From an uncultured Phascolarctobacterium sp. (GTDB lineage Bacteria > Bacillota > Negativicutes > Acidaminococcales > Acidaminococcaceae), in NCBI GenBank assembly GCA_947630795.1, contig CANRJC010000011.1, positions 11,161-75,160 on the forward strand: a DNA stretch of 64,000 nt. Reading direction: 5' to 3'. The notes beneath the pieces are model-generated. The model did no database searches and had not been told where the DNA came from. It saw only the letters and a program-made list of their open reading frames with translations. Positions 8,218 through 17,974 of the stretch are shown here, one piece after another. The number at the start of each line of letters is the position of its first letter. Positions within the stretch are counted from its first letter, which is position 1. A program made the position numbers and the translations under genes.

Positions 8218-10281
8218 ATGAAGGATTATACCGGCGATAAGATCCGCAACGTGGCCATCGTGGGCCACGGCGGAGCAGGCACCACGTCCGTGACCGAGGC
8301 TCTGCTCTATAGGTCCGGAGCCATCAGCAGAATGTGCAAGGTAGAAGACGGCGCCACCACCACTGACTACGAGCCGGAAGAGATCAAACGCAAAGTTTCC
8401 GTCAACGCCACTCTCGCTCCTGTAGAGTGGAGAGATTGCAAGATCAATTTTATCGACACTCCCGGCTTCGCCGACTTCGTGGCCGAAGTGAAAGGCGCTT
8501 TCAGAGCCGCCGACGTGGCATTGATCGTGGTCTCCGCCACCGGCGGCGTGCAGGTAGGCACGGAGCAGTGCTGGAAGCTGGCTGACGAGGCTCATCTGCC
8601 CAAGATCATCTTCGTGAACAAAATGGACAGAGAGAACGCCCATTTCGACCAAGTGCTGGAAAATCTGCGCCATAAATTCGGCAAGCACGTGCTGCCTCTG
8701 CAGCTGCCCTTGGGGAAGGAAGCCAATTTCGCCGGCATCATCGATCTTTATAAGATGAAGGCTTACAGGGCCAACGGCAACGGTTCCGACGAGATAGAGA
8801 TCCCCGACGAATATAAGGCTGCGGCCGAAGCCGCTCACGAGCAGATGGTGGAAGCCGCCGTAGAAGCCGACGACGATTGCATGATGCGCTATCTGGAAGG
8901 GGAAGAGGTGACCGACGAAGAGATCATGAAATGCCTGGTGAAAGGCATCCGTCAGGCCAACTTCTATCCCGTGCTCTGCGGCAGCGCCGTGAAGAACATC
9001 GGCTTGGGCCGGGTGATGAGCGCTATCATCGACTACACCTATCCCGCCGTGCTCAGCGATTTCACCGTCACCAACAAACTTACCGGCGAAGAAGAGCTCC
9101 ACGATGCCAATGCGCCTATGTCCGCTTTGGTCTTCAAGACCACTTCCGACCCCTTCGTAGGCCGGCTCAGCTTCTTCAGAGTGTTCAGCGGCACCATCGA
9201 GAGCGACAGCGTGGTTTATAATTCCCGCCGTGAGCAGGAAGAGAGGATCAGCAACATCTTCACCATGCGGGGCAAAACTCAGCTGCCCATGAAGAGAGCG
9301 GTGGCCGGCGACATCGGCGTCGTTGCCAAACTGCAATACACTTCCACCGGCGACACTTTGTGCACCAAGGCCAACCCCGTGGAGTTCGCTCCCATCGCCT
9401 TCCCGCTGCCCATGTACACCCGGGCCATTTCCGCCAAGAAGAAGGGCGACGAAGACAAGATCATGACCGCCCTCACCCGCTTGATGGACGAAGACCCCAC
9501 CATCATTGTCACCAAGAACCCCATCACCAAAGAATCTTTGGTATCCGGCATGGGCGATCAGCACATCGAGATTATCATGGAGAGGATGCAGAGGAAGTTC
9601 GGCGTGGAGGCCGAGCTGAAGGCCCCCATGGTGGAATACAAAGAGACCATCAGAGGCACTGCCGAAGTGGAAGGCAAGCATAAGAAACAATCCGGCGGCC
9701 ACGGCCAGTACGGCCACGTAGTGATCCGCATGGAGCCTCTGCCTCCGGGAGGCGGCTTCGAATTCGTGGATAAGATCTTCGGCGGCGCCGTGCCTCGTCA
9801 ATACATCCCCGCCGTAGAAAAAGGCATGATAGAATCGATGCAGAAGGGGATTTTGGCCGGCTATCCCGTAGTGGATATCCGCATCACTTTGCTGGACGGC
9901 TCCTATCACAGCGTCGATTCTTCGGAAATGGCCTTCAAGACCGCTTCCAACATCGCCTTCAAAAAAGCCATGGAGCAGTGCAAGCCGGTGCTTTTGGAGC
10001 CCATCTACAACCTCAGCGTCACCTGCGCCGACAGCATGATGGGCGACGTTATCGGCGACCTCAACTCCAAGCGGGGCCGCATCTTGGGCATGCAGCCGGT
10101 GGAAGAGGGCCTGAGCTTAGTGAGCGCTCAGGTGCCCTACGCCGAGATCACAGAATATGCGGTAGACCTTCGGGCCATCACCCAAGGCCAGGGCACTTTC
10201 GAGATGAAATTCGATCATTACGAAGACGTGCCTGCCAAACTGGCCGAGAAGATCATCGCCGACCGCAAGCAGCAACAGTAA
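8218..10281 (+). CDS. elongation factor G family paralogue with degenerate GTPase motifs
   Basis: 687 aa with EF-G domain order. G3 DTPG, G4 NKMD and G5 GSA are present, but the P-loop reads GHGGAGTTS (no Lys) and the DTPGH histidine is replaced (DTPGFADF). A strong RBS AAAGGAGG lies upstream. Confidence 0.9.
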   Translation: MKDYTGDKIRNVAIVGHGGAGTTSVTEALLYRSGAISRMCKVEDGATTTDYEPEEIKRKVSVNATLAPVEWRDCKINFIDTPGFADFVAEVKGAFRAADVALIVVSATGGVQVGTEQCWKLADEAHLPKIIFVNKMDRENAHFDQVLENLRHKFGKHVLPLQLPLGKEANFAGIIDLYKMKAYRANGNGSDEIEIPDEYKAAAEAAHEQMVEAAVEADDDCMMRYLEGEEVTDEEIMKCLVKGIRQANFYPVLCGSAVKNIGLGRVMSAIIDYTYPAVLSDFTVTNKLTGEEELHDANAPMSALVFKTTSDPFVGRLSFFRVFSGTIESDSVVYNSRREQEERISNIFTMRGKTQLPMKRAVAGDIGVVAKLQYTSTGDTLCTKANPVEFAPIAFPLPMYTRAISAKKKGDEDKIMTALTRLMDEDPTIIVTKNPITKESLVSGMGDQHIEIIMERMQRKFGVEAELKAPMVEYKETIRGTAEVEGKHKKQSGGHGQYGHVVIRMEPLPPGGGFEFVDKIFGGAVPRQYIPAVEKGMIESMQKGILAGYPVVDIRITLLDGSYHSVDSSEMAFKTASNIAFKKAMEQCKPVLLEPIYNLSVTCADSMMGDVIGDLNSKRGRILGMQPVEEGLSLVSAQVPYAEITEYAVDLRAITQGQGTFEMKFDHYEDVPAKLAEKIIADRKQQQ

Positions 10282-10313
10282 CGAGAGGGCAGCGAGCGGG
10301 CCGCTCCTGCCTT

Positions 10314-10345
10314 GCCCCCGGCCTGCGCCGCCGGGGGCTTTCTCA
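10314..10345 (+). terminator. intrinsic terminator after the EF-G paralogue
   Basis: GCCCCCGG-loop-CCGGGGGC followed by a T-rich tail. Confidence 0.5.
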
Positions 10346-10467
10346 TTGAGGACCGGGGCTTTTTCTTAAGAGAAGGCTTTGATTTCACGGAAAATTTTCC
10401 CAAGGGCCTTTGCAAAATTGTATAATGAGACGGTGGACAGCTACCGTTCACGATAGGAGGTAACATT

Positions 10468-11412
10468 ATGAAAACAAGATTGACCGAATTGTTGGGCATC
10501 GAATATCCCATCATCCAAGGCGGCATGGCCTGGTGCTCCGACGCCGCACTGGCTGCGGCTGTCTCTAACGGCGGCGGCGCCGGCATCATCGGCACCGGCG
10601 GCCGCACCACCGAGTGGGTGGAAGAGCAGATCGCCAAAGCCAAAAGCCTGACCGCTAAGCCCTTCGGCTGCAATGTGATGCTGATGGCTCCCAACGTGAA
10701 GGATATCATCGAACTCATCTGCAAAGAAAAAGTAGCCTTCGTCACTTTGGGCGCAGGCAACCCGGTGCCTCATCTGGCCACCTTCAAGGCCGCCGGCGTG
10801 AAGACCATCCCGGTAGTGCCCAACGTTAAACTGGCCAAACGCATCGCCGCAGCCGGAGCCGACGCCTTCGTCATCGAAGGCATGGAAGCCGGCGGCCACA
10901 TCGGCACCCAGACCACCATGGCCTTGATGGAAAATGTGCTGGCCAACAAATTCGACATCCCCGTGCTGGTGGCCGGCGGCATAGGCGACGGCCGGGCCAT
11001 CGCCGCAGCTCTTTTGATGGGCGCCGACGGCGTGCAGATGGGCTCCCGCTTCATCCTCACCGACGAATGCCCCGCTCATCCCAAAGCCAAGGCCGCCATC
11101 TGCGCCGCCACCGATACCGACAGCGCCGTTACCGGCTGGAGCAGAGGCCACGGCGTGCGCAGTCTTGCCAACGCTTTCACCAAACTCTATCACGAGAAAG
11201 AGATCGCCGGCGTGCCTATGGAAGAATTGATGGCCTTGGGCACCGGCACCAACCGCATGGGCATCTTCGAAGGCGATACGGTGAACGGCACTGTGATGGC
11301 AGGGCAGAGCCTGAACGTCCTCAACGAGATCAAACCCTGCGCTCAGGTCATCGCCGACCTGATGAAAGAGTGCGAGGCCACCTTGGCCCGGGCCGCTCAA
11401 ATCGGCAAGTGA
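10468..11412 (+). CDS. fabK: enoyl-ACP reductase II (FabK) / nitronate monooxygenase family flavoprotein
   Basis: 314 aa. GIEYPIIQGGMAWCSDAALAAAVSNGGGAGIIG and EGMEAGGHIG are typical of the FabK/NMO TIM-barrel family. No fab neighbours are present, so assignment to FabK specifically is an inference. Confidence 0.75.
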   Translation: MKTRLTELLGIEYPIIQGGMAWCSDAALAAAVSNGGGAGIIGTGGRTTEWVEEQIAKAKSLTAKPFGCNVMLMAPNVKDIIELICKEKVAFVTLGAGNPVPHLATFKAAGVKTIPVVPNVKLAKRIAAAGADAFVIEGMEAGGHIGTQTTMALMENVLANKFDIPVLVAGGIGDGRAIAAALLMGADGVQMGSRFILTDECPAHPKAKAAICAATDTDSAVTGWSRGHGVRSLANAFTKLYHEKEIAGVPMEELMALGTGTNRMGIFEGDTVNGTVMAGQSLNVLNEIKPCAQVIADLMKECEATLARAAQIGK

Positions 11413-11457
11413 GCCGGCAAAGATAAATTGACAAGGAAAAGTTTTCGCTGTAAAATG

Positions 11458-11820
11458 AGGAGCGTGAGTACGGAAAGTTGATCGCGGCCGCCTTGAGCGG
11501 CTGAGGAAAGTCCGAGCTCCGTAGGGCAGGATGCCGGATAACGTCCGGCGAGGGTGACCTTAGGGCTAGTGCCACAGAAATGCGGACCGCCTGCCTCGGC
11601 AGGTAAGGGTGGAACGGTGCGGTAAGAGCGCACCAGCAGTCTGGTAACAGGCTGGCTAGGTAAACCCCATCCGGAGCAAGACCGAATAGGGAAGGGATGA
11701 AGCGGCCCGCTGACCTTCCGGGTTGTGTCGCTGGAGCTTGCAGGCGACTGCAAGCCAAGATAAATGATCAACGCCGCCTGCGGGCGGAACAGAACTCGGC
11801 TTACTGAGTACTCACAACGA
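11458..11820 (+). ncRNA. rnpB: RNase P RNA (bacterial, type-A-like)
   Basis: Conserved GAGGAAAGTCCGAGC, ACAGAAA, GGTAAGGGTGGAA, GCGGTAAGAGCGCACC and ACAGAACTCGGCTTAC blocks in canonical order. P1 pairing is GTGAGTAC (11464-11471) with GTACTCAC (11808-11815). The exact ends are approximate. Confidence 0.88.
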
Positions 11821-11914
11821 TCATAAGGCTGCCTGCGCGTGAGCCGGGCAGCCTTAATATTAACAGCATATACCAAGCAAAATGCTGTTTTAATGAAAGA
11901 GGTCTCACAGCATC

Positions 11915-12850
11915 ATGCCTAAGATCGCCATCGTCACGCCTGTTTATAACGAAGAGGAGAACATCTGGGAATTCCATAAACGGGTCACCGCCGCCGTCGC
12001 TCCTTTGGGCTTTGACTACAGCATCATCTTTGTGGACGACGGCTCTCGCGACGGGTCGCATCGCATTTTGGCGGAACTGGCAGAAGAGGACGGCCATGTG
12101 GAAGCCTATTTTTTGAGCCGCAACTACGGCCATCAATTGGCCCTCACCTGCGGTCTCGATAAGGCCGACGCCGATGCGGTCATCACCATGGACGGCGATC
12201 TGCAGCATCCGCCGGAGCTGCTGCCCGAAATGCTGCGGCTGTGGCAAAACGGCGCGGAGATCGTGAAGACCCGCCGCTTGGCCACCGAGAACGTAGGCTT
12301 CATGAAGAGAGCCACCTCCAAGGCCTACTACAAATTGATCAACCTCCTCTCCGACGTGGAGATAACTCCGGGCGGCAGCGACTTTCGGCTCATGGACCGC
12401 AAAGCGGTGGAAGCCTTCGGCCTCTATCGGGAACGGGCCCGTTTCATCCGGGGCTTGGTGAATACCTTGGGCTTCAACTGTGCCACCTTGGATTTCGTGG
12501 CGCCGGCCCGTTTTGCCGGCTCTTCCAAATTCAGCCTGCATAAAATGCTCCACTTCGCTTTGGACGGCATCACCGCTTTCAGCAACCTGCCTCTGCGTTG
12601 GGCCTTCTACTGCGGCTTGGTGATGTCTTTTGTCAGCTTTTGCCTTTTGGGCCACATCTTTTACGTTAAATATATCATCGACGATGCGGTGCCCGGCTGG
12701 CCCACCTTGGCCGCCTGCGTCCTCTTTTTGGGCGGCCTGCAGCTTTTGGGCATCGGCATTTTAGGCGAATACATCGGCCGCATCTTTCAGGAAGTCAAGC
12801 ATCGGCCCCTCTATCTCATCGCCCGCCACGTGAAAAGGGAGGAAAAATAA
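11915..12850 (+). CDS. family 2 glycosyltransferase (GtrB/ArnC-like polyprenyl-phosphate glycosyltransferase)
   Basis: IAIVTPVYNEEENI, FVDDGSRDGS and MDGDLQHPPE motifs, plus two C-terminal hydrophobic helices. Confidence 0.85.
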   Translation: MPKIAIVTPVYNEEENIWEFHKRVTAAVAPLGFDYSIIFVDDGSRDGSHRILAELAEEDGHVEAYFLSRNYGHQLALTCGLDKADADAVITMDGDLQHPPELLPEMLRLWQNGAEIVKTRRLATENVGFMKRATSKAYYKLINLLSDVEITPGGSDFRLMDRKAVEAFGLYRERARFIRGLVNTLGFNCATLDFVAPARFAGSSKFSLHKMLHFALDGITAFSNLPLRWAFYCGLVMSFVSFCLLGHIFYVKYIIDDAVPGWPTLAACVLFLGGLQLLGIGILGEYIGRIFQEVKHRPLYLIARHVKREEK

Positions 12851-13053
12851 AAAGCTCCGCCCTATGCAAGCTCACAGCTCAAAAGAAAAAGTCCTCGCCG
12901 AAAAACGTCCGCCGAAAAGAAAGGCTGAGTAGTGAGGGAGCGGGCTCTTACAGCCTGCGGCCGCGCCTTGCCAAAGGAGGAGATCTGTGCTAAAATAAAT
13001 ATGTATATGTTTCCGCCGAAGTTTCGGCGGGGCAGGAAAGGAAGTGTTAGACC

Positions 13054-13707
13054 ATGCCGAAAAAGATCTTTCTCATGGTGCTGACTCTTTTTCTTTGTCA
13101 AGGCGTTTCTTTTTGTCACGCATCTTTCGAAAAAGGGGACGAAGGGCAGGACATAGTCAGTATCCAGCAGCGTTTGGCGGAACTGAAATACGATGTGGCG
13201 GTGGACGGCGACTTCGGCTCCGGCACGGAGGCGGCGGTGCGCAAGTTCCAGGCGGACTACGGCTTGGATGTGGACGGAGTGATAGGCCCCGCCACTTACC
13301 GCACTTTGATGAAAAAAGAATTGCCTCCCGATCGGCCTTCTTCTCTTGTGCGCCGCATCATCAGGGCGGGCTACAGCGTGCTGGGCGCTCCCTATGTTTT
13401 CGGCGGCACCAGCCCTTACGGCTTCGATTGTTCCGGTTTCATCCAATACGCTTTTCGCGCCGCCGGCGTCAGCTTGCCCCGCACTGCCGACGATCAGTTC
13501 GATTTCGGCCGCAGGGTGAGCCTGAAGAATATCCGCGTCGGCGATCTGGTCTTCTATACCACTTACGAGCCCGGGCCCTCCCACGTGGGCATTTATTTGG
13601 GCAACGGCAAGTTCCTCCACACCGGAAGCAGCACCGGCGTAGCGGTGGCCGATGCCTTCACCGGCTATTGGGGCGCCCGTTACTACGGCGCTTGCCGCAT
13701 CATCTGA
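13054..13707 (+). CDS. secreted NlpC/P60 (C40) peptidase with a peptidoglycan-binding domain
   Basis: Signal-like N-terminus. PG_binding_1-like segment (VSIQQRLAELKYDVAVDGDFGSGTEAAVRKFQ). NlpC/P60 core YVFGGTSPYGFDCSGF ... SHVGIY. Confidence 0.85.
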   Translation: MPKKIFLMVLTLFLCQGVSFCHASFEKGDEGQDIVSIQQRLAELKYDVAVDGDFGSGTEAAVRKFQADYGLDVDGVIGPATYRTLMKKELPPDRPSSLVRRIIRAGYSVLGAPYVFGGTSPYGFDCSGFIQYAFRAAGVSLPRTADDQFDFGRRVSLKNIRVGDLVFYTTYEPGPSHVGIYLGNGKFLHTGSSTGVAVADAFTGYWGARYYGACRII

Positions 13708-13984
13708 AATAGGGCGGACTGCGGGAGCGGTCTGCTTTTTCTTTTGCCTTTGAGCAAAAACAAAAAGCTTTTCAGGCGTCGACGGCCGAAAAATTTTCGA
13801 AGTCAAAGCAGAGCGAGCCTTCGATTGCGGCCGCCGCCTTTTTTCGCAAAAACTTCGGAAAAATTTTATGCAGCGAATGATCTGCGGGCTTTTTTGAAAA
13901 AGTTCGGCCTTCGAAGCACGAATTTTCCTGCACGCCCTTGCCTTCAAGGCGAGGGGCGTGATATACTGTTGACATTATCAAATG

Positions 13985-14200
13985 CATAGAGAAGGCAGGG
14001 CACGCCTTAGGGCGGTTCAGGCAAGAGCATCCACGGTCACGCCGCTGTGCGGGAAGATCCCAAGTCAGCGCCCGGTCCTGTCGGCTTGCAGTCACGAGCG
14101 ATGGTTGCGGCAGCGTCGAAATTTTTTCGGCGCAAGCTTCGGGAGGAGCGTCTTTTTGAGCGTGCCCGAAGCAGCTACAGGCTGTCGCGATGAGCGATAG
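13985..14200 (+). promoter_or_regulatory. probable cobalamin riboswitch leader of the cbi operon
   Basis: CGGTCACGCCGCTGT (compare the consensus CGGTCCCGCCACTGT), GGGAAG, and a B12-box-like AAGTCAGCGCCCGGTCCTGTC, located upstream of cbiD. A TTGACA box lies at 13969-13974. Several helices deviate from the consensus, so this is not certain. Confidence 0.55.
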
Positions 14201-14260
14201 CCTAAATTTTTTATTGCAATATTTTCTCAAATATATTTCCTTGCCAGAAAAGGTGAAGTC

Positions 14261-15397
14261 GTGGAAGAATATGCTTTCAGTCAAGGGAAGAGACTGCGCT
14301 GCGGTTACACTACCGGCAGTTGCGCCGCCGCCGCGGCCAAGGCCGCGACGACATTATTGTTGAGCGGGCGGCGGCTGTCTCGGGTGAAGCTGCTCACTCC
14401 CAAAGGCATAGAGCTGAGCCTTGAGCCTATAGAGCTTACGGCAGGCCCCGGCTGGGCCAGCTGCGGCATCGTCAAAGACAGCGGCGACGACCCCGACATC
14501 ACCGACGGCCTCGCAGTCTACGCCAAAGTCGAGAAAAAGAAAGAAGCGGGCATCGCCGTGGAAGGAGGCCCGGGAGTGGGGCGGGTGACCCTGCCCGGTC
14601 TGGCCTGCCCGGTGGGCGAGGCCGCCATCAACCCGGTGCCCCGCCGCATGATACGAGAAGCCGCCGCCGAGGCGGCCAGAGAAGCGGGCTATGCAGGGGG
14701 CTTGCGCATCGAGATCTCGCTGCCTGAGGGGGAAGAGCTGGCCAAGCTCACCTTCAACCCCCGTTTGGGCATAGTGGGGGGCCTCAGCATCTTGGGCACC
14801 GGCGGCATCGTGGAGCCCATGAGCGACAACGCTTTGATCCAAACTCTTTTTTTGGAACTGGACGCTCAAAAGGCCAAAGGCACCCGCGATCTTCTGGCCT
14901 TCTTCGGCAACTACGGGGAAGATTACGCCCGTGACATTTTGCATTTAGACTTGAGCAGAGCGGTGACCTGCTCCAACTTCGTAGGCGAACTGTTGGATTA
15001 TGCCGCTTACAGCGATTTTCGCAGCCTGCTGCTCATCGGTCACAGCGGCAAATTGGTGAAGCTGGCCCAAGGGGTGATGAACACTCACTCCAAATATGCC
15101 GACTGCCGCACGGAGAGCTTGGCTTTGGCGGCTCTTTTCGCCGGCGCCGCCAAGGAGACGGTGCAGAAGGTCTGGGCCGCCAACACCACCGACGAGGCGG
15201 TGCGAATTTTGAAAGATGAGGGGCTGCTGCAGCCGGTGATGAAAGAAGTGGGCCGGCGCATCCATTTTTACATGCAGCAGCGGGTACACGGGAAGCTGAA
15301 GACCGGCGCCCTGCTTTTTTCCAACGTCCACGGGCTTTTGGGACTGAGCGGCGAAGCGGCGGAACTTATAGAACTGCACAAAATAACAAAGGAGTAG
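14261..15397 (+). CDS. cbiD: cobalt-precorrin-5B (C1)-methyltransferase
   Basis: GTG start. N-terminus LRCGYTTGSCAAAAAKAA and a length of 378 aa are typical of CbiD. Confidence 0.9.
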   Translation: MEEYAFSQGKRLRCGYTTGSCAAAAAKAATTLLLSGRRLSRVKLLTPKGIELSLEPIELTAGPGWASCGIVKDSGDDPDITDGLAVYAKVEKKKEAGIAVEGGPGVGRVTLPGLACPVGEAAINPVPRRMIREAAAEAAREAGYAGGLRIEISLPEGEELAKLTFNPRLGIVGGLSILGTGGIVEPMSDNALIQTLFLELDAQKAKGTRDLLAFFGNYGEDYARDILHLDLSRAVTCSNFVGELLDYAAYSDFRSLLLIGHSGKLVKLAQGVMNTHSKYADCRTESLALAALFAGAAKETVQKVWAANTTDEAVRILKDEGLLQPVMKEVGRRIHFYMQQRVHGKLKTGALLFSNVHGLLGLSGEAAELIELHKITKE

Positions 15398-15407
15398 ATA
15401 GGAAAGT

Positions 15408-16112
15408 ATGAGAGGGAAACTGTACAGCGTAGGCATAGGGCCCGGCGACCCGGAGCTTTTGACACTGAAAGCGGTGCGCCTGCTCAAAGAGTGCGACGCG
15501 GTAGCCATCCCCCAAGGGGATAACGGCGAGCTCACCGCCAAAAGCATCGTCGCCCAAGTGACCGACTTGGAGCAAAAAGAGCAGCTTTTGATCTACATGC
15601 CCATGACCAAAGACATGGCCGTCATGGACAGAGCTCACCGCAAAGCTGCCGACGACGTGGAAGCTCTGCTGGATGCGGGCAAGACGGTGGTCTACATCAC
15701 TTTGGGCTGTCCCACGGTCTATGCCACCTGCATCTACGTCCACAAACTGGTAACGGCCGACGGTTATGAAGCGGAGCTGGTGCCCGGCGTCACCAGCATC
15801 TGTGCTGTGGCCGCTCGCTTGGGCACCTCCTTGTGCGAGCGCTCCGAGCCTCTCATCATCCTGCCCGGGTCTTACAAAGAAGTCAGCGGCTTCTTGGACG
15901 GCCCCGGCAACAAAGTGCTGATGAAGTCGGCCAGCGAGATAGGCCGCGTGCGGGACGAACTGAGGGAGAAGGGGCTGCTGAAAAATGCCGCCATGGTGGA
16001 GCGCTGCGGCCTTCCCGGCGAAAAAGTGTACCGGGATCTGGAAGAGATCGATCCCAAGAGCAGTTATTTTTCCGTCATCCTGGTGAAAGAAAAGGAGTTT
16101 GATACAAAATGA
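15408..16112 (+). CDS. cbiL: cobalt-precorrin-2 C20-methyltransferase
   Basis: LYSVGIGPGDPELLTLKA tetrapyrrole methylase N-terminus. 234 aa. Position in the cbi cluster. Confidence 0.85.
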   Translation: MRGKLYSVGIGPGDPELLTLKAVRLLKECDAVAIPQGDNGELTAKSIVAQVTDLEQKEQLLIYMPMTKDMAVMDRAHRKAADDVEALLDAGKTVVYITLGCPTVYATCIYVHKLVTADGYEAELVPGVTSICAVAARLGTSLCERSEPLIILPGSYKEVSGFLDGPGNKVLMKSASEIGRVRDELREKGLLKNAAMVERCGLPGEKVYRDLEEIDPKSSYFSVILVKEKEFDTK

Positions 16113-16897
16113 TCTACTTTATCGGAGCAGGCCCGGGGGCAGTCGATCTCATCACCGTCAGAGGCAAAAAACTTTTGGCCGAGGCCGACCTGATCATCTA
16201 CGCCGGTTCTCTGGTCAATGCGGAACTTTTGGCCGATGCCAAGCCCGGTTGCGTGATCATGAACAGCGCCAAGATGACCTTGGAAGAAGTGATCGCCGCT
16301 ATGGTGCCCGCCGCGCAGGAAGGGAAGACGGTAGTGCGCCTGCACACCGGCGACCCCAGCGTGTACGGAGCCATCAGGGAGCAGATCGATCTCTTGCGGG
16401 GCTACGAATTGGATTTTGAAATAGTGCCGGGGGTCAGCTCTTTCTGCGCCGCCGCTGCCGTGCTGGAGACGGAATACACTCTGCCTTCCGTGAGCCAGTC
16501 GGTGATCATCACCCGCATGGAAGGCAGGACGCCGGTGCCCACGCGGCAAAAGATCGCCGATTATGCCGCCCACAGGGCCACCATGGTCATCTTCCTCAGC
16601 ACCGGCATGTTGGAGAAGCTGTCTGCCGAATTGATCAAAGGCGGTTATAAAGAGCACACTCCCGCGGCCATCGTCTATAAAGCCACCTGGGCCGACGAGA
16701 AGGTGTGCCTCTGCACCGTGGGCACTTTGGCCGAGACCGCCGCCGCCCAAGGCATCACCCGCAACGCTCTCATTTGCGTGGGCAACTTCTTGGGCAACGA
16801 ATATGCCAGAAGCGAATTATATAATCCGACTTTCAGCCACGGTTTCAGAGAGGCCGACCCCGAACTTTTAAATTTGAAGCCGGAAACGAAGGCGTAA
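16109..16897 (+). CDS. cbiF: cobalt-precorrin-4 C11-methyltransferase
   Basis: IYFIGAGPGAVDLITVRG and RLHTGDPSVYGA motifs. ATGA overlap with cbiL. Confidence 0.88.
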   Translation: MIYFIGAGPGAVDLITVRGKKLLAEADLIIYAGSLVNAELLADAKPGCVIMNSAKMTLEEVIAAMVPAAQEGKTVVRLHTGDPSVYGAIREQIDLLRGYELDFEIVPGVSSFCAAAAVLETEYTLPSVSQSVIITRMEGRTPVPTRQKIADYAAHRATMVIFLSTGMLEKLSAELIKGGYKEHTPAAIVYKATWADEKVCLCTVGTLAETAAAQGITRNALICVGNFLGNEYARSELYNPTFSHGFREADPELLNLKPETKA

Positions 16898-16900
16898 AAA

Positions 16901-17956
16901 ATGAAGGCAGCGATCTACGCCTACACCGCCCGAGGTTGTCGTCTCGCGAAAAATTTAAAAAGTTTTTTGCCGAAAGCGGGCTATGAGAGCGTCGATATAA
17001 AAAGCACGGCAAAATTTGCGGCAGAATTTTCTCTTTCTGCTTTCAGCGAGCCGGCAGCTAAAACTTATGCGGAAGATTTTTCCGCCTGCGACGCCCTGCT
17101 TTTCGTGGGGGCCTGCGGCATAGCTCTACGCTCTGTCGCTCCCTGCATCAAAAGCAAAGAGAAGGACCCGGCGGTGCTGGTGATAGACGAGCAAGGCAAC
17201 TTCGTCATCCCGGTCCTGGGCGGTCACATCGGCGGCGCCAATGCTTTGGCCCGCTATTTGGCGCCCTGTCTGGGGGCCGTGGCCTGCGTGACCACCGCCA
17301 CCGACGTGAACGGACTTTTCGCGGTGGACGAGTGGGCCGCAAGAAATGCCATGGTCATCGACTCTCTGCCTGCTGCCAAAAAGGTGGCGGCGGCCTTGGT
17401 GGCCGGTGAAGAAGTTGGCCTCTCCGCCGACTTTCCCGTCAGCGGGCCCCTGCCTAAATATATAAAGATCAAGGACGAAGGAGCCGTGGGTTTCAGAGTG
17501 GCTCTGAACACGGAAAAAAGTCCCTATTCGGAAACGCTGCACTTATTGCCGAAGATCGTCCGTTTGGGCATAGGCTGCCGCCGCGGTGTGAGTGTCGAAC
17601 AGATCGAAGAAACAGTAGAGCGGGTCTTGGCCGAGGCGAAAATAGACCTGCGGACGGTGAAGAGCATCGCTTCCATCGATGTGAAAAAGGATGAAGCGGG
17701 GTTGCTGGCCTTCGCGGAAAAAATGTCGCTGCCTTTGCACTTTTACACTAAAGAAGAATTGCAGGCAGCGGCCGGCAACTTTTCCGCTTCCGCTTTCGTC
17801 AGCGCCGCCGTAGGAGTAGACAACGTGTGCGAAAGAGCCGCCGTCAGAGACGGAGGGGAGAGACTGCTGCTCCCCAAAACTTCTCTTGCGGGGCTGGGGG
17901 TGACCGTCGCCGCGGCCGCGGAAGATCTGCTGTTAGACTTTACGCTGAAAAGATAA
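16901..17956 (+). CDS. cbiG: cobalt-precorrin-5A hydrolase
   Basis: 351 aa. CbiG-like N and C domains (GIGCRRG, ASIDVKKDE). Lies between cbiF and cbiH as in anaerobic cbi clusters. Confidence 0.8.
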   Translation: MKAAIYAYTARGCRLAKNLKSFLPKAGYESVDIKSTAKFAAEFSLSAFSEPAAKTYAEDFSACDALLFVGACGIALRSVAPCIKSKEKDPAVLVIDEQGNFVIPVLGGHIGGANALARYLAPCLGAVACVTTATDVNGLFAVDEWAARNAMVIDSLPAAKKVAAALVAGEEVGLSADFPVSGPLPKYIKIKDEGAVGFRVALNTEKSPYSETLHLLPKIVRLGIGCRRGVSVEQIEETVERVLAEAKIDLRTVKSIASIDVKKDEAGLLAFAEKMSLPLHFYTKEELQAAAGNFSASAFVSAAVGVDNVCERAAVRDGGERLLLPKTSLAGLGVTVAAAAEDLLLDFTLKR

Positions 17957-17974
17957 ACGAGGGGAGACTGTCAA

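Noticed and set aside
12862-13947. 361-aa minus-strand ORF across the NlpC/P60 gene and its flanks.
   Set aside because: It is antisense to a gene with a clear signal peptide, PG-binding and NlpC/P60 motifs, and its translation has no motif.
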